From positions 1 through 27,443 of IMG/VR virus record IMGVR_UViG_3300034521_000267: DNA of 27,443 bases; one strand, written 5' to 3'. Of this stretch, positions 1-8,220 are shown piece by piece (the stretch's first letter is position 1; the number at the start of each line of letters is the position of its first letter). Below the pieces are notes generated by a model. It was not told the origin of the DNA. It saw nothing but the letters and a program-made list of their open reading frames with translations, and did not search any database. Both the position numbers and the translations under genes were made by a program. This DNA comes from a virus. Lineage: Duplodnaviria; Caudoviricetes.

Positions 1-187
1 TAAAATCTACTGTTTGTGATATAAACCCCGTTACAGTCCCATACACGCCCGCAGGACCACCAATGGAAGCATAAGTTCTGAACGCCCTGTCTCCTTCATA
101 TATGGAGCCTGTCGATGAACCCGTATTTGCCCCGCTTACCGTCCATCCTGTATTTCCGTCCTCCGCACCGCCGTTGGTCACCCTTTC
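1..187. repeat. Terminal direct repeat, copy 1 (circular assembly overlap)
   Basis: Identical to 27257-27443 except position 60 (C) versus 27316 (T). Confidence 0.97.
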
Positions 188-193
188 CATCAT
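1..193 (-). CDS. 5' part of junction-spanning tail/adhesin protein (MMERVTNGGAEDGNTGW..., 172 aa in total, continues to 26931)
   Basis: ATG at 193 overlaps the TGA of the upstream gene (ATGA). The frame runs through the terminal repeat into ORF 26931..27437. Confidence 0.85.
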   Translation of the reverse strand, partial: MMERVTNGGAEDGNTGWTVSGANTGSSTGSIYEGDRAFRTYASIGGPAGVYGTVTGFISQTVDF

Positions 194-654
194 GAGAAGC
201 TCACCTGCACATACAAGTCCTTGCCCGCTACCGTGCTGCCTATCTGAGTCACCGCCACGATAAGGACATCTCCCGCAGAGCAGGACACCCTTTCTGAGTC
301 CAGGATTCCGGTTGCAGAAGTGTTCCCTGCTGCTATGGTGATGGGAGTGTCGCTTGAAAAGATGCTGTCCGTTGTCGTAGGTGTGACAGTTGGGTCGGAT
401 ACCTTGTAGACCTGCACAAGTAAAGATGCGCCTGTGGGTGCTGTTTTAACCGATGCATAGGCTTCCTTTATGGTGCATGACTCCCTTATCTCATGCCGGA
501 ACAGCGATGCAACCGTCAGATCGCCTTCCCATCCCCAACGGAGAGGGGCACGGCTGGTCTTGACGTATGCCACAAGTGCGTTATATTCGGCAGCCGACAG
601 TCTGCCGTCAGCGGTTTCTCCTCCGTCCTCTATCTTAGTGTCATCCCATGCCAT
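190..654 (-). CDS. Putative tail tip/fibre-associated protein
   Basis: 154 aa, beta-rich, lies in the distal tail gene block. C-terminal ...VAVTQIGSTVAGKDL... segment resembles minor tail protein modules. Confidence 0.6.
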   Translation of the reverse strand: MAWDDTKIEDGGETADGRLSAAEYNALVAYVKTSRAPLRWGWEGDLTVASLFRHEIRESCTIKEAYASVKTAPTGASLLVQVYKVSDPTVTPTTTDSIFSSDTPITIAAGNTSATGILDSERVSCSAGDVLIVAVTQIGSTVAGKDLYVQVSFS

Positions 655-676
655 AGCTCATCTCTCATGAGTTCGT

Positions 677-1048
677 TTAGCTGACCGTCACGTCTACGGT
701 TATCTCGACAGATTCCCCGTTGCTGTACACTTTGTCGGCTGTCAGAACGTGCCTTAAGAGCATCGTGCCTGCGCTGGGAGCATTGAATATCCCGATCTCT
801 CTTATGGTCACGGCTCCTGTGAAATTGAAGGTGTTTACAAATCGGGCCTTGTAGTCCGCTACATAGCTGCAGGTTGCTGCTGCCCTGCCTGAACCATTGG
901 CCGTGTTCTCGGTCACAAGTGCTGTCTGTGTGGCTGCCTCTGCTGTGCTTCCGCTTCCGGTAGCCATATAGGTGAAGGCTGCCACTGAGTCCACACCGTT
1001 AAGCAGCTTGGCGACTGCCAGTTTTCCTGCGTTGGTTATTGTTGCCAT
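677..1048 (-). CDS. Tail-collar/fibre-type structural protein
   Basis: ITNAGK...YMATGSG...TALVTE...IREIGIFNA...GTML pattern is typical of phage tail-collar fibre N-terminal-like proteins. Confidence 0.7.
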   Translation of the reverse strand: MATITNAGKLAVAKLLNGVDSVAAFTYMATGSGSTAEAATQTALVTENTANGSGRAAATCSYVADYKARFVNTFNFTGAVTIREIGIFNAPSAGTMLLRHVLTADKVYSNGESVEITVDVTVS

Positions 1049-1177
1049 TTAGTTTCTCAACTCCGTTGTTATTTCCCGGCCATCCGGGAACACTTCTGTT
1101 TTCTCAATCGGTACGCCCTGTGCGTCCTTACGGACCAGGGTAATCTTTTCCACTTTAGCATTAGTCGCCGTTATCAT
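1049..1177 (-). CDS. Small hypothetical protein (42 aa, MITATNAKVEK...)
   Basis: ATGA overlap with the upstream stop. Its stop abuts the next ATG. Confidence 0.6.
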   Translation of the reverse strand: MITATNAKVEKITLVRKDAQGVPIEKTEVFPDGREITTELRN

Positions 1178-1515
1178 GTAGTGTCCCTCTTGAATGTGAT
1201 ATTGTAAGTGTACTTCCCGCTTCCGAAGATGATCTCCTTGTAGGAGAACGGCGGGGATATGTAGCAATTTTGATAACTTGTCCCATCTATCACCAACGTT
1301 TTGGGCTGGCCAATCTTCCCCAAGAGCGTGGTGATGTCTGCAAAATCCTCAGTGTAACATTTGTATGACCTGACGAACTTCGGCTCAGCCAGTGCATCAA
1401 TAGCAGTCTTACCGCTCAACAGAAGAGTTTCCTGGAACTCGAAGTCAACATTGATTTCATTCCTCTCCAGGATATCCAGTGTGAAAGAATCGAATACAAC
1501 TACAGTTTCGCTCAT
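1174..1515 (-). CDS. Putative distal tail (Dit-like) protein
   Basis: 113 aa, immediately downstream of the tape measure, ATGA-coupled. Confidence 0.55.
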   Translation of the reverse strand: MSETVVVFDSFTLDILERNEINVDFEFQETLLLSGKTAIDALAEPKFVRSYKCYTEDFADITTLLGKIGQPKTLVIDGTSYQNCYISPPFSYKEIIFGSGKYTYNITFKRDTT

Positions 1516-4514
1516 CCTCTGATACCTCTCTGTACCCTGGCCCGTGTCATCCTGCTCTCATAGTCACGCATGAACTGCTCGAAAGGATAGTCCTTGCTCA
1601 GCGTCATGTTCTGGATGATGAGGGTGTTTCCTCCAATGTTGTTGGTCTGACTACTGGCAGTAGCTGCAGCTCCGAAAGATTGGTCGGCTGTAATGGGTGG
1701 CACCATGCCTGCAATGTCACTCATTCTGCTCCGGACCACCCCTTCAAGGCCCTTGGTAGATTCCAAGATGGGATCCACAAAGAATGCATCCCAATTCGGC
1801 AGTTTCTTCAATGCTCCCTCTTTTGCAGGACTGAAAGGGAAATAGTTCCTGACGCGGGAGACCACGCGGCTTACCGCGCTTGTGACCTTTGGTGCAGCTG
1901 AGGTTATCCCCCTGGCCAGGTTCGACATGATGGAGGACCCTGCTTTTGCAGCAGTTGAGGCTGCTGAACTGAGAGCACTGGAGACGCTGCTTAGGGTGCT
2001 GGTTACTGTGCTGGTAGTGGACTTGCTTGCGGATGAGCTGCTGCCGGAAGAGCTGGAACTGGAAGAGGATGTACTGCTGGATCTGGATGAGAAGCTCAGT
2101 GCCGAGCTGACCGCAGATGTCAGAGAGGATATTTTCGATTTGATTCCATCTATCAGTGACTGTATCCATGCCGCACCGATATTGTAGAACGTAGATACTG
2201 CATTAGAGAGGGCCTTGAATATGTTGTTCACAGCATTCTGCAGAGCTGCAACGATGTTGTTCCAGCCGCTTGACCACCCGCTTAGCATGGAATTCATCGC
2301 ACCAACTAGATACGAAACTATAGAGGACAGTACCCCGGACAGAGTAGAGTATATCGAATTCAGCACATTGGACACGATGTTTCTCATAGTCCCGCCTGCA
2401 GAAGAGACTGTATTCAATGTCTCACTCATCATCGAAGATATGATAGAGGATATGTTGTTCACTGCATTTTGTAGAGCTGCAACAATGTTGCTCCAGCCAC
2501 TTGACCACCCGCTCAGCATAGAGCTCATTGCATTGACAAGGAATGAAACGATAGTGGAGAGTACCCCGGACAGAGTAGAGTATATCGAATTCAGCACAGT
2601 GGATACAGTGTTCCACAGAGCCCCACCTGCAGATGTGACTGTGTTCAATATTCCAGCTGCATAGTTTTGAATCCTGGTCCAGTAATACCCAAGGTACCAT
2701 TCTAAAGCTGTATCATACCGATCAAACCATCCGGTAATGATACCAAGCAGTCCGTCTAATATCCCCGTGATATAATCCACAAAGGTGGACACGATTATTC
2801 CAGCTGTATTCCACGCCCCCGCCCAGTCGCCAGTGATGAGCTGTGCCGCGAGGACAATGAAGTTTCCGATTTGTTCAACAACGTAGGATACTATTGAGAT
2901 GATTGGGGGCAATACTGCCTGCACCACGGAAAGAAGTACTTTGATATGGCTTTCAATCAGCCACATGATAGCAGATGCGATCACACTTACTGCAGCAGTG
3001 ATCACGGGACTGTTGTCTGTCCACCACCCACCGAACACTTCGAGTGCATCAGTGACAAACTGTTTGATGAGTTCAATTACGGGAGTAGCGGCTTCTTTGA
3101 TAGTGTTGAATGTCTCTTTGACCACGGGGCCGATCTTATCCCAGTTTTTGTATATCACATATGCAGCAAGCGCCAAGGCTGCAAGTGCTATTCCCACCGG
3201 ACCGAGTATCACACCTACAACTCCCGAGAGTGTAGCTCCAAGGCCACCTACCACTGCAGTCAGGCCACCAGCTCCCCCAATGAATGTAAGCAGGCCACCT
3301 ATCCCGGACATGAGAGTACCAACGACAAGCAGTACCGGACCAACTGCAGCAGCGATTGCTCCCAGTACGACGATGATTTTCAGAACAGGAGTGGGTATTT
3401 TTGACAGCCGCTGTGCAAGTGCTGTCATGCCTTTGACAAGAGGAAGCACTCCCACTGTCACAACGTCGCCCATCGCGATCATCAGTTCTTCCATAGCAGA
3501 CTTCAATTCACGTGCTGCACCACCAGGGCCACCCTGCATGATGTCTGCCATTTCCTGTGCGGCACCACCCGCATTCTCTAATGCCAATGTTTGCTCCCTG
3601 ATAGCATCAGTACCTATACTCATCAGGGCAAGCATACCCGGCCCGGCTTCCTGTCCGAACAACTCCATAGCGTCTGCCGTGGATAACCCAGCCCTGGACA
3701 GAGTCTCGAGGATATCCGTGAATGAACGCGTGCTGGGGTCCACGTCTGCAAGGGTAAGGTTGTATTGTTCCAGCACATTCGCTACTCTAGCAGTGGGGCT
3801 TGCCAACCGTGTCATAGCACCTCTAAGAGCAGTACCCGCCCTGCTTCCCTGGATACCCGCATCGGACATCTTACCGATGAGGGATGCGGCCTCTTCCATT
3901 GACATACCCATCGCCGCTGCAAGGGGTGCTGCGTAGGACATTGCCTCACCAAGCTGTTGAATATCGGTGTTGGATGATGCTGCGGCCTTTGCAAGCACGT
4001 CAGCAACTCTCCCTGCCTCTGATGCCTGCAGCCCAAATCCTGTCAGGACATTGGAAGCTATATCAGCAGCTGTGCCCAGGTCGATAGCCCCAGCGGATGC
4101 CAGGTTCAGCATATCATCGGTTGCTGCAAGGATCTCATTCACATTGAATCCCGCCATTGCAAGATACTGCATACCTTCTGCGGCTTCAGATGCTGAGAAG
4201 GCAGTTGTGGAACCCAGTTCCCTGGCAAGTGACCGGAGCTGTTCAAACTCTTCCCCGGTGGCACCGGATACTGCCATCACCTTTCTCATGGAGTCGTCGA
4301 AATCAACTGCAGTCTTATATGAGAGGGCAGCCATACCCACCAGCGGTGCTGTTACTGCCATTGACATGGTCTTGCCGGCCGCAGACATCTGCTTGCCTGC
4401 ACTTTGCAGTTTGCCACCGAGCTGGTTGACCTCGTTGCCAACCTCCGCAAATGCCTTCTTGAGCTGGCCAATATCACCAACGATTGATACAACAAGATTA
4501 CCGATTGCCGACAT
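1512..4514 (-). CDS. Tail tape measure protein (TP901-like core)
   Basis: 1000 aa, Ala/Gly-rich, with LGSTTAFSASEAAEGMQYLAMAGF and GIQGSRAGTALR motifs and hydrophobic stretches. Follows the tail chaperone. Confidence 0.95.
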   Translation of the reverse strand: MSAIGNLVVSIVGDIGQLKKAFAEVGNEVNQLGGKLQSAGKQMSAAGKTMSMAVTAPLVGMAALSYKTAVDFDDSMRKVMAVSGATGEEFEQLRSLARELGSTTAFSASEAAEGMQYLAMAGFNVNEILAATDDMLNLASAGAIDLGTAADIASNVLTGFGLQASEAGRVADVLAKAAASSNTDIQQLGEAMSYAAPLAAAMGMSMEEAASLIGKMSDAGIQGSRAGTALRGAMTRLASPTARVANVLEQYNLTLADVDPSTRSFTDILETLSRAGLSTADAMELFGQEAGPGMLALMSIGTDAIREQTLALENAGGAAQEMADIMQGGPGGAARELKSAMEELMIAMGDVVTVGVLPLVKGMTALAQRLSKIPTPVLKIIVVLGAIAAAVGPVLLVVGTLMSGIGGLLTFIGGAGGLTAVVGGLGATLSGVVGVILGPVGIALAALALAAYVIYKNWDKIGPVVKETFNTIKEAATPVIELIKQFVTDALEVFGGWWTDNSPVITAAVSVIASAIMWLIESHIKVLLSVVQAVLPPIISIVSYVVEQIGNFIVLAAQLITGDWAGAWNTAGIIVSTFVDYITGILDGLLGIITGWFDRYDTALEWYLGYYWTRIQNYAAGILNTVTSAGGALWNTVSTVLNSIYSTLSGVLSTIVSFLVNAMSSMLSGWSSGWSNIVAALQNAVNNISSIISSMMSETLNTVSSAGGTMRNIVSNVLNSIYSTLSGVLSSIVSYLVGAMNSMLSGWSSGWNNIVAALQNAVNNIFKALSNAVSTFYNIGAAWIQSLIDGIKSKISSLTSAVSSALSFSSRSSSTSSSSSSSSGSSSSASKSTTSTVTSTLSSVSSALSSAASTAAKAGSSIMSNLARGITSAAPKVTSAVSRVVSRVRNYFPFSPAKEGALKKLPNWDAFFVDPILESTKGLEGVVRSRMSDIAGMVPPITADQSFGAAATASSQTNNIGGNTLIIQNMTLSKDYPFEQFMRDYESRMTRARVQRGIRG
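2221..2650. repeat. Imperfect tandem duplication within the tape measure gene (231-bp / 77-aa period)
   Basis: ATGTTGTTCAC at 2221 and 2452. Shared exact core AGTACCCCGGACAGAGTAGAGTATATCGAATTCAGCAC; the peptide VLNSIYSTLSGVLS...SMLSGWSSGW.NIVAALQNAVNNI occurs twice. Confidence 0.9.
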
Positions 4515-4801
4515 TACGCACCTCTCTTGATAGCATTTCCATAGATTGCCCGGAACTTAGCAAGGTCTGGTTCATCTCCCACGAGTGTTTCGGGATTTTC
4601 CTGCTCTTGTTTCTGGTCCATTGCCTTACCGAGCACAGACCAGAACACCTTGGCCTGCAGCTCGATTCCTTTGACGCCCTTCTCATAGTACATCATAGCC
4701 TGTTCCAAGGACATCTCATCAAGGATGTAGTCAGGAGAAGCCCATGAGTACATCATTCCGAGCTGGGCGAAGATGTCTCCGATGGTGAGGGTAAGTTTTT
4801 T
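4514..4801 (-). CDS. C-terminal part of frameshifted tail assembly chaperone (gpGT-like)
   Basis: The -1 frame is open from the slippery site through KLTLTIGDIFAQLG into MMYSWASPDYILDEM... up to the tape measure start. Confidence 0.85.
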   Translation of the reverse strand, partial: KKLTLTIGDIFAQLGMMYSWASPDYILDEMSLEQAMMYYEKGVKGIELQAKVFWSVLGKAMDQKQEQENPETLVGDEPDLAKFRAIYGNAIKRGA

Positions 4802-5145
4802 TCTGTGCCTTGCCTGGCTTCCATAGCCTTGAGTCGGGCAGTCACCGGCTCCATGACAAATTGTGCAAATTCAACGAGGGTGAACATGTCCACGTTGTCG
4901 ATGAGCCAGTCTTTTGTTATTTTAGGATTGGATCTCTGACAGGCGATTGCCACCACCTCAAGGAGATCCTCGATTCCCTGGCCAGACTCAAGAGCAGCCT
5001 GCTTCTCCGGAGATGATGTGAGCTCTATGAGCTTCAGGGTTGCACGGGTAGAGAATACAGAGACATCAACCTCTTCCCCTGCTATCCTGGCGATCCTCTT
5101 CTGAGGGACCACCGTACCAAAGTCCTTCAGAATATCAGATGACAG
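4753..5145 (-). CDS. Tail assembly chaperone (gpG-like), probable CTG start
   Basis: Frame is open upstream of the annotated GTG (5112) to CTG at 5145 (LSSDILKDFGTVVPQKR...), 3 nt after the tail tube stop. Confidence 0.75.
   Translation of the reverse strand: MSSDILKDFGTVVPQKRIARIAGEEVDVSVFSTRATLKLIELTSSPEKQAALESGQGIEDLLEVVAIACQRSNPKITKDWLIDNVDMFTLVEFAQFVMEPVTARLKAMEARQGTEKNLPSPSETSSPSSE
4795..4801 (-). other. Programmed -1 ribosomal frameshift slippery site A AAA AAC
   Basis: GAA AAA AAC near the chaperone 3' end fits X XXY YYZ, at the canonical position between tail tube and tape measure genes. Confidence 0.85.
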
Positions 5146-5148
5146 GGA

Positions 5149-5943
5149 TTATGCCCCCTGTTCATCGTATATCTCGAAGAGCTGGTCGCCGACTGGCCTT
5201 GTGACGTCCAGGACTCCCTTCATCTTCAGGTGTGGCATTGCAGGGTCGTCGTCGTCATCTGCAGGGAACTCGATGTTCTGGCCTTCGTTGACTGTGGCCT
5301 TGTAGAGAGTGATCTGGAACTTCTTGCCATTCTCATCGGTGTTTGTGATCCTTACCACCCTGTCAGCGATCGCTGTCTTGCCACCACTCTTGAGCGTGAC
5401 AGCTGAGTTCGGGGTGTAGGTATAGTCCACCAGTACACCTTCACCAGAGGATATCACGGTTGAGCCGCTCACCCTGGCAATTGTGGTATATCCAGCACTG
5501 TCCACAGCAATCACGTAGTCGGTGTTCCGGACAGCTGCATTGCCGCTGGCATCAGTCACAACGATGTTGCTGACCTCTGTGCCGTTTCCGTTCCGGTGGT
5601 TTAGCCTCACGGATGCGGTTCCGGTGAGAGTATGTGCCTCATTCTCGACGTTTATGGGCGTGCCCGCTACAGTTGCATAGGTGTCCAGACCACCTCTGAT
5701 GGTGTTGAGGTTCGCTAAATTGACCTCCATCATGTCACATTCTATGAATGCAACGTGCTCCTTGACGCCGACCTTCACGACACCCGCATTGTCGCTCTTG
5801 ACCTCCACGTCCTCCCATTCTTCTTTGAATACTGCGTTCCGGACTGCTCCGATATCGACAAGCGTTGCTACTGAGGTGCCTACCTCAAGTTTTCCGGAAC
5901 CGAATCTTATGGTTCCGGCATTCTGTACTGTGGTCTGTGCCAT
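5149..5943 (-). CDS. Major tail tube protein
   Basis: 264 aa, IRFGSGKLEVG N-terminus, internal beta-rich insertion. Located between tail terminator and chaperone. Confidence 0.85.
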   Translation of the reverse strand: MAQTTVQNAGTIRFGSGKLEVGTSVATLVDIGAVRNAVFKEEWEDVEVKSDNAGVVKVGVKEHVAFIECDMMEVNLANLNTIRGGLDTYATVAGTPINVENEAHTLTGTASVRLNHRNGNGTEVSNIVVTDASGNAAVRNTDYVIAVDSAGYTTIARVSGSTVISSGEGVLVDYTYTPNSAVTLKSGGKTAIADRVVRITNTDENGKKFQITLYKATVNEGQNIEFPADDDDDPAMPHLKMKGVLDVTRPVGDQLFEIYDEQGA

Positions 5944-5955
5944 TTTGATGTCTCC

Positions 5956-6339
5956 TTATGGTGGAAAGTGAATTACTTTGAAATCGACAGGTACGTGATA
6001 GAGGCCTGTCTCGTCCTCAATTGCATCAAGTGAATTGACGTATACAATCCTCTTGATGTGGTTTCCAGATGCTATCCCCTTGTAGCGTTCCAGGCAGGAT
6101 ATGACTGCCTCTGACAGGTCCTGTACTATCGCGAAGGATCCTGCCCAGCACGAGACCTGGTATCGTGGAGTGCCGTGGCCGGTAATGTGGTCACGTGGTC
6201 CACTGATCTTGTGAATGGTCAGTGCCGGCAGAGTGGCGTTGAGCGGCATCTTCAGTGGATATATTCGGCTGTCAACAATAGCCCGGACTGCATTGTCATT
6301 ATACAGCAGTGTCCGAATGGCGCCATGCAAGGAGGTCAT
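5956..6339 (-). CDS. Tail terminator/completion protein (DUF3168-like)
   Basis: LYNDNAVRAIVDSRIYPLKMP...RYQVSCWA pattern and gene order. Confidence 0.85.
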   Translation of the reverse strand: MTSLHGAIRTLLYNDNAVRAIVDSRIYPLKMPLNATLPALTIHKISGPRDHITGHGTPRYQVSCWAGSFAIVQDLSEAVISCLERYKGIASGNHIKRIVYVNSLDAIEDETGLYHVPVDFKVIHFPP

Positions 6340-6770
6340 GAGTACCTCCTGATCACCTGTTCGAGCTTCTTGGCAATGGCCTTCTCGATCTCGTCTGTAT
6401 TCTCGTCGAGAGCTGGCCTCAAGAAAGGTCTGGGTTGTTGGTTGTATCGCCTGCCGATCTTGTCAGTGTCCATGAACCCATATTCCAATCTGCGAGCATA
6501 CTCCATTGAGGACCCTACAGCCATCTCGCATCTCTCGTCCGTTTTTTTGATGACCGCAGGACTAACCTCGGCTATGTTCCGAAACAGGTTACCTGTGACG
6601 CGGTTCGGGAAATCACCGCCTTTTGCGGAGTTCTCCTGAGCTTCGCGGACCACGACCATTGCACCCGCTGAAGTGGCTTCCTCGAGGACATCTGAGATAT
6701 CCTTGCCGAGGGCATCCAGCTTCTTCTCGAGCTCCTTCACTCCACTGACGGTCATTTTGAACATGGTCAT
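6336..6770 (-). CDS. HK97 gp10-family tail component
   Basis: VSGVKELEKKLDAL...TGNL...YARRLEYG...PRPFLRPALD motifs. ATG at 6770 overlaps the upstream TGA and follows GGAGG. Confidence 0.9.
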   Translation of the reverse strand: MTMFKMTVSGVKELEKKLDALGKDISDVLEEATSAGAMVVVREAQENSAKGGDFPNRVTGNLFRNIAEVSPAVIKKTDERCEMAVGSSMEYARRLEYGFMDTDKIGRRYNQQPRPFLRPALDENTDEIEKAIAKKLEQVIRRYS

Positions 6771-7045
6771 CCTCCTGAAAAAGACACTAGGAATCCAAGC
6801 ACCTGCAGAGCAACAAGCACAACGAATCCAATTGCTGCATTCCTCCCCAGCCATTTGTTCTGCTGGTCCTCGAGTGCCCGGATTCTCTCTTCATGATCAT
6901 CGACCGGGCATCTTCCCAGATCACGGATCGTTTTGTCATGCTCGTTGATGCGGTAATTGATCTGGTCAATGGAGGCTCTGATATGCTTGACGTCGTTGCG
7001 CGTTTCGATGATTTTGTTATAAGTATCGGTGTCTATTTCGGTCAT
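6767..7045 (-). CDS. Coiled-coil protein with C-terminal transmembrane helix (XhlA/holin-like)
   Basis: Heptad-like N-terminus (HEERIRALE) then hydrophobic AAIGFVVLVALQVLGFLVSF. Confidence 0.6.
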   Translation of the reverse strand: MTEIDTDTYNKIIETRNDVKHIRASIDQINYRINEHDKTIRDLGRCPVDDHEERIRALEDQQNKWLGRNAAIGFVVLVALQVLGFLVSFSGG

Positions 7046-7395
7046 TATTCCACCGCCTTGAGGTCACATTCATAGTGGTGCAGGGTGTTTGAGAACATCC
7101 AGAAGATTGGCTTCACGGCAGTGACAGTATACCTTTTTGAGAAGCCGGGTACTGTGCTTGTGATGACCTGTCCTTCTGCAATTGATGTGACTGCAGGCAG
7201 TATCACAGCCGGAGTAGCAACCAGATACTTCCCGCTTTCTGGGTCTATTAGCCCGCTTTTGCTGTTGTTGTGGAAAAATCTACACGGAGAGCTCGTAGAT
7301 GTTTCTGTATATATAGGTTCACCGTACTCATTCTGAGAGGTCTGTGTCCTGCTCACAATACTGCAGGTGTGAACCATCCCGGTATCGCTTACCAT
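7045..7395 (-). CDS. Head closure (stopper) protein
   Basis: HTCSIVSRTQTSQNEYGEP...HHYECDL pattern; follows the adaptor gene. Confidence 0.75.
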   Translation of the reverse strand: MVSDTGMVHTCSIVSRTQTSQNEYGEPIYTETSTSSPCRFFHNNSKSGLIDPESGKYLVATPAVILPAVTSIAEGQVITSTVPGFSKRYTVTAVKPIFWMFSNTLHHYECDLKAVE

Positions 7396-7397
7396 GT

Positions 7398-7781
7398 TCA
7401 ATCTCCTTTGTTCACCGTTTTGACTCCGGCCCGGCCATAGAGTACAGAGTATCCCGAAACAGAGAACCTGTACTGCTTCATGTACTTCTCAGCGGCCTTC
7501 TCATGCTTCTCGATATCAACATCCACACTGTTGGACTGCGACTCGCTGCCGAACTTGACCTGTTGGGCCAGCTCTCCGGTGAACTTCATCTTCTGGAGAG
7601 TCATGGCAGCTGCAAGGTGAGTACATGCCAGAACAAGCCGGGTATCTGTCGAACTGGAACTACAACCTGTTGTAAGAACAACAATGCTCTCAGCATGGGA
7701 GATGATGTTCCCAATGTCAGTATCTGTGAGGGTTTTTGGGTCCACTATTGCTCTGACGTCTGCAGCTGTACATAGGGCCAT
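7398..7781 (-). CDS. Head-tail adaptor/connector protein
   Basis: Helical 127-aa protein starting LCTAADVRAIV, located after the capsid block. Confidence 0.75.
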   Translation of the reverse strand: MALCTAADVRAIVDPKTLTDTDIGNIISHAESIVVLTTGCSSSSTDTRLVLACTHLAAAMTLQKMKFTGELAQQVKFGSESQSNSVDVDIEKHEKAAEKYMKQYRFSVSGYSVLYGRAGVKTVNKGD

Positions 7782-7782
7782 A

Positions 7783-7998
7783 CTATCTGTCCTCGATTTT
7801 CCTCAACAGAGTGAATGATTCGCGGCCGCCCTGGGTAAATCCGACTACCCGGACAGTGTTGTTGGCAGGATCTACATGGATGTGTATGGAGTGCGTGCCA
7901 TCGATACCTGTGGCAGACTGCTCCCACGATTCCCCTGTGGGAGCAGGATCCTCATCTGATATGAGTGCCACGTATGCTACGATGACACGCTTGTCCAT
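7783..7998 (-). CDS. Hypothetical protein
   Basis: 71-aa ORF tightly packed in the operon. Confidence 0.55.
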   Translation of the reverse strand: MDKRVIVAYVALISDEDPAPTGESWEQSATGIDGTHSIHIHVDPANNTVRVVGFTQGGRESFTLLRKIEDR

Positions 7999-8001
7999 GT
8001 T

Positions 8002-8211
8002 TTACGCCGCCGTCTTTTTGCTCTTGAATTTCTTCTGCTCATCGGGTGGCATTGGTTCCTGTTCGGGTATGTCAGGAATGATCTGAACCGAATTACCGAG
8101 GCGAATTGCTCTCTCCTCGGCACACTCAAATTCCTCTTCTCTCCTGAACTTCATCTCCTTGCCGTCGATATCGATTGCAAGATGACTTACTTTGACCTTA
8201 ACACGAACCAG
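8002..8211 (-). CDS. Small protein downstream of the capsid gene (69 aa, CTG start; missed by the ORF track)
   Basis: GAGGTGA-TACA-CTG GTT CGT GTT AAG... open to TAA at 8002. Fills an otherwise empty 220-bp gap and is in frame with the capsid gene. Confidence 0.75.
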   Translation of the reverse strand: MVRVKVKVSHLAIDIDGKEMKFRREEEFECAEERAIRLGNSVQIIPDIPEQEPMPPDEQKKFKSKKTAA

Positions 8212-8220
8212 TGTATCACC

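Noticed and set aside
1-187. Terminal repeat as a DGR template/variable repeat pair or as true virion terminal repeats
   Set aside because: No reverse transcriptase is present and there is only one mismatch. The repeat falls mid-gene at the contig ends, as expected for assembly overlap.
1680-4530. Long + strand ORFs (e.g. 2899..3936, 3967..4530)
   Set aside because: Antisense shadows of the Ala/Gly-rich tape measure gene, with no SD or recognisable motifs.
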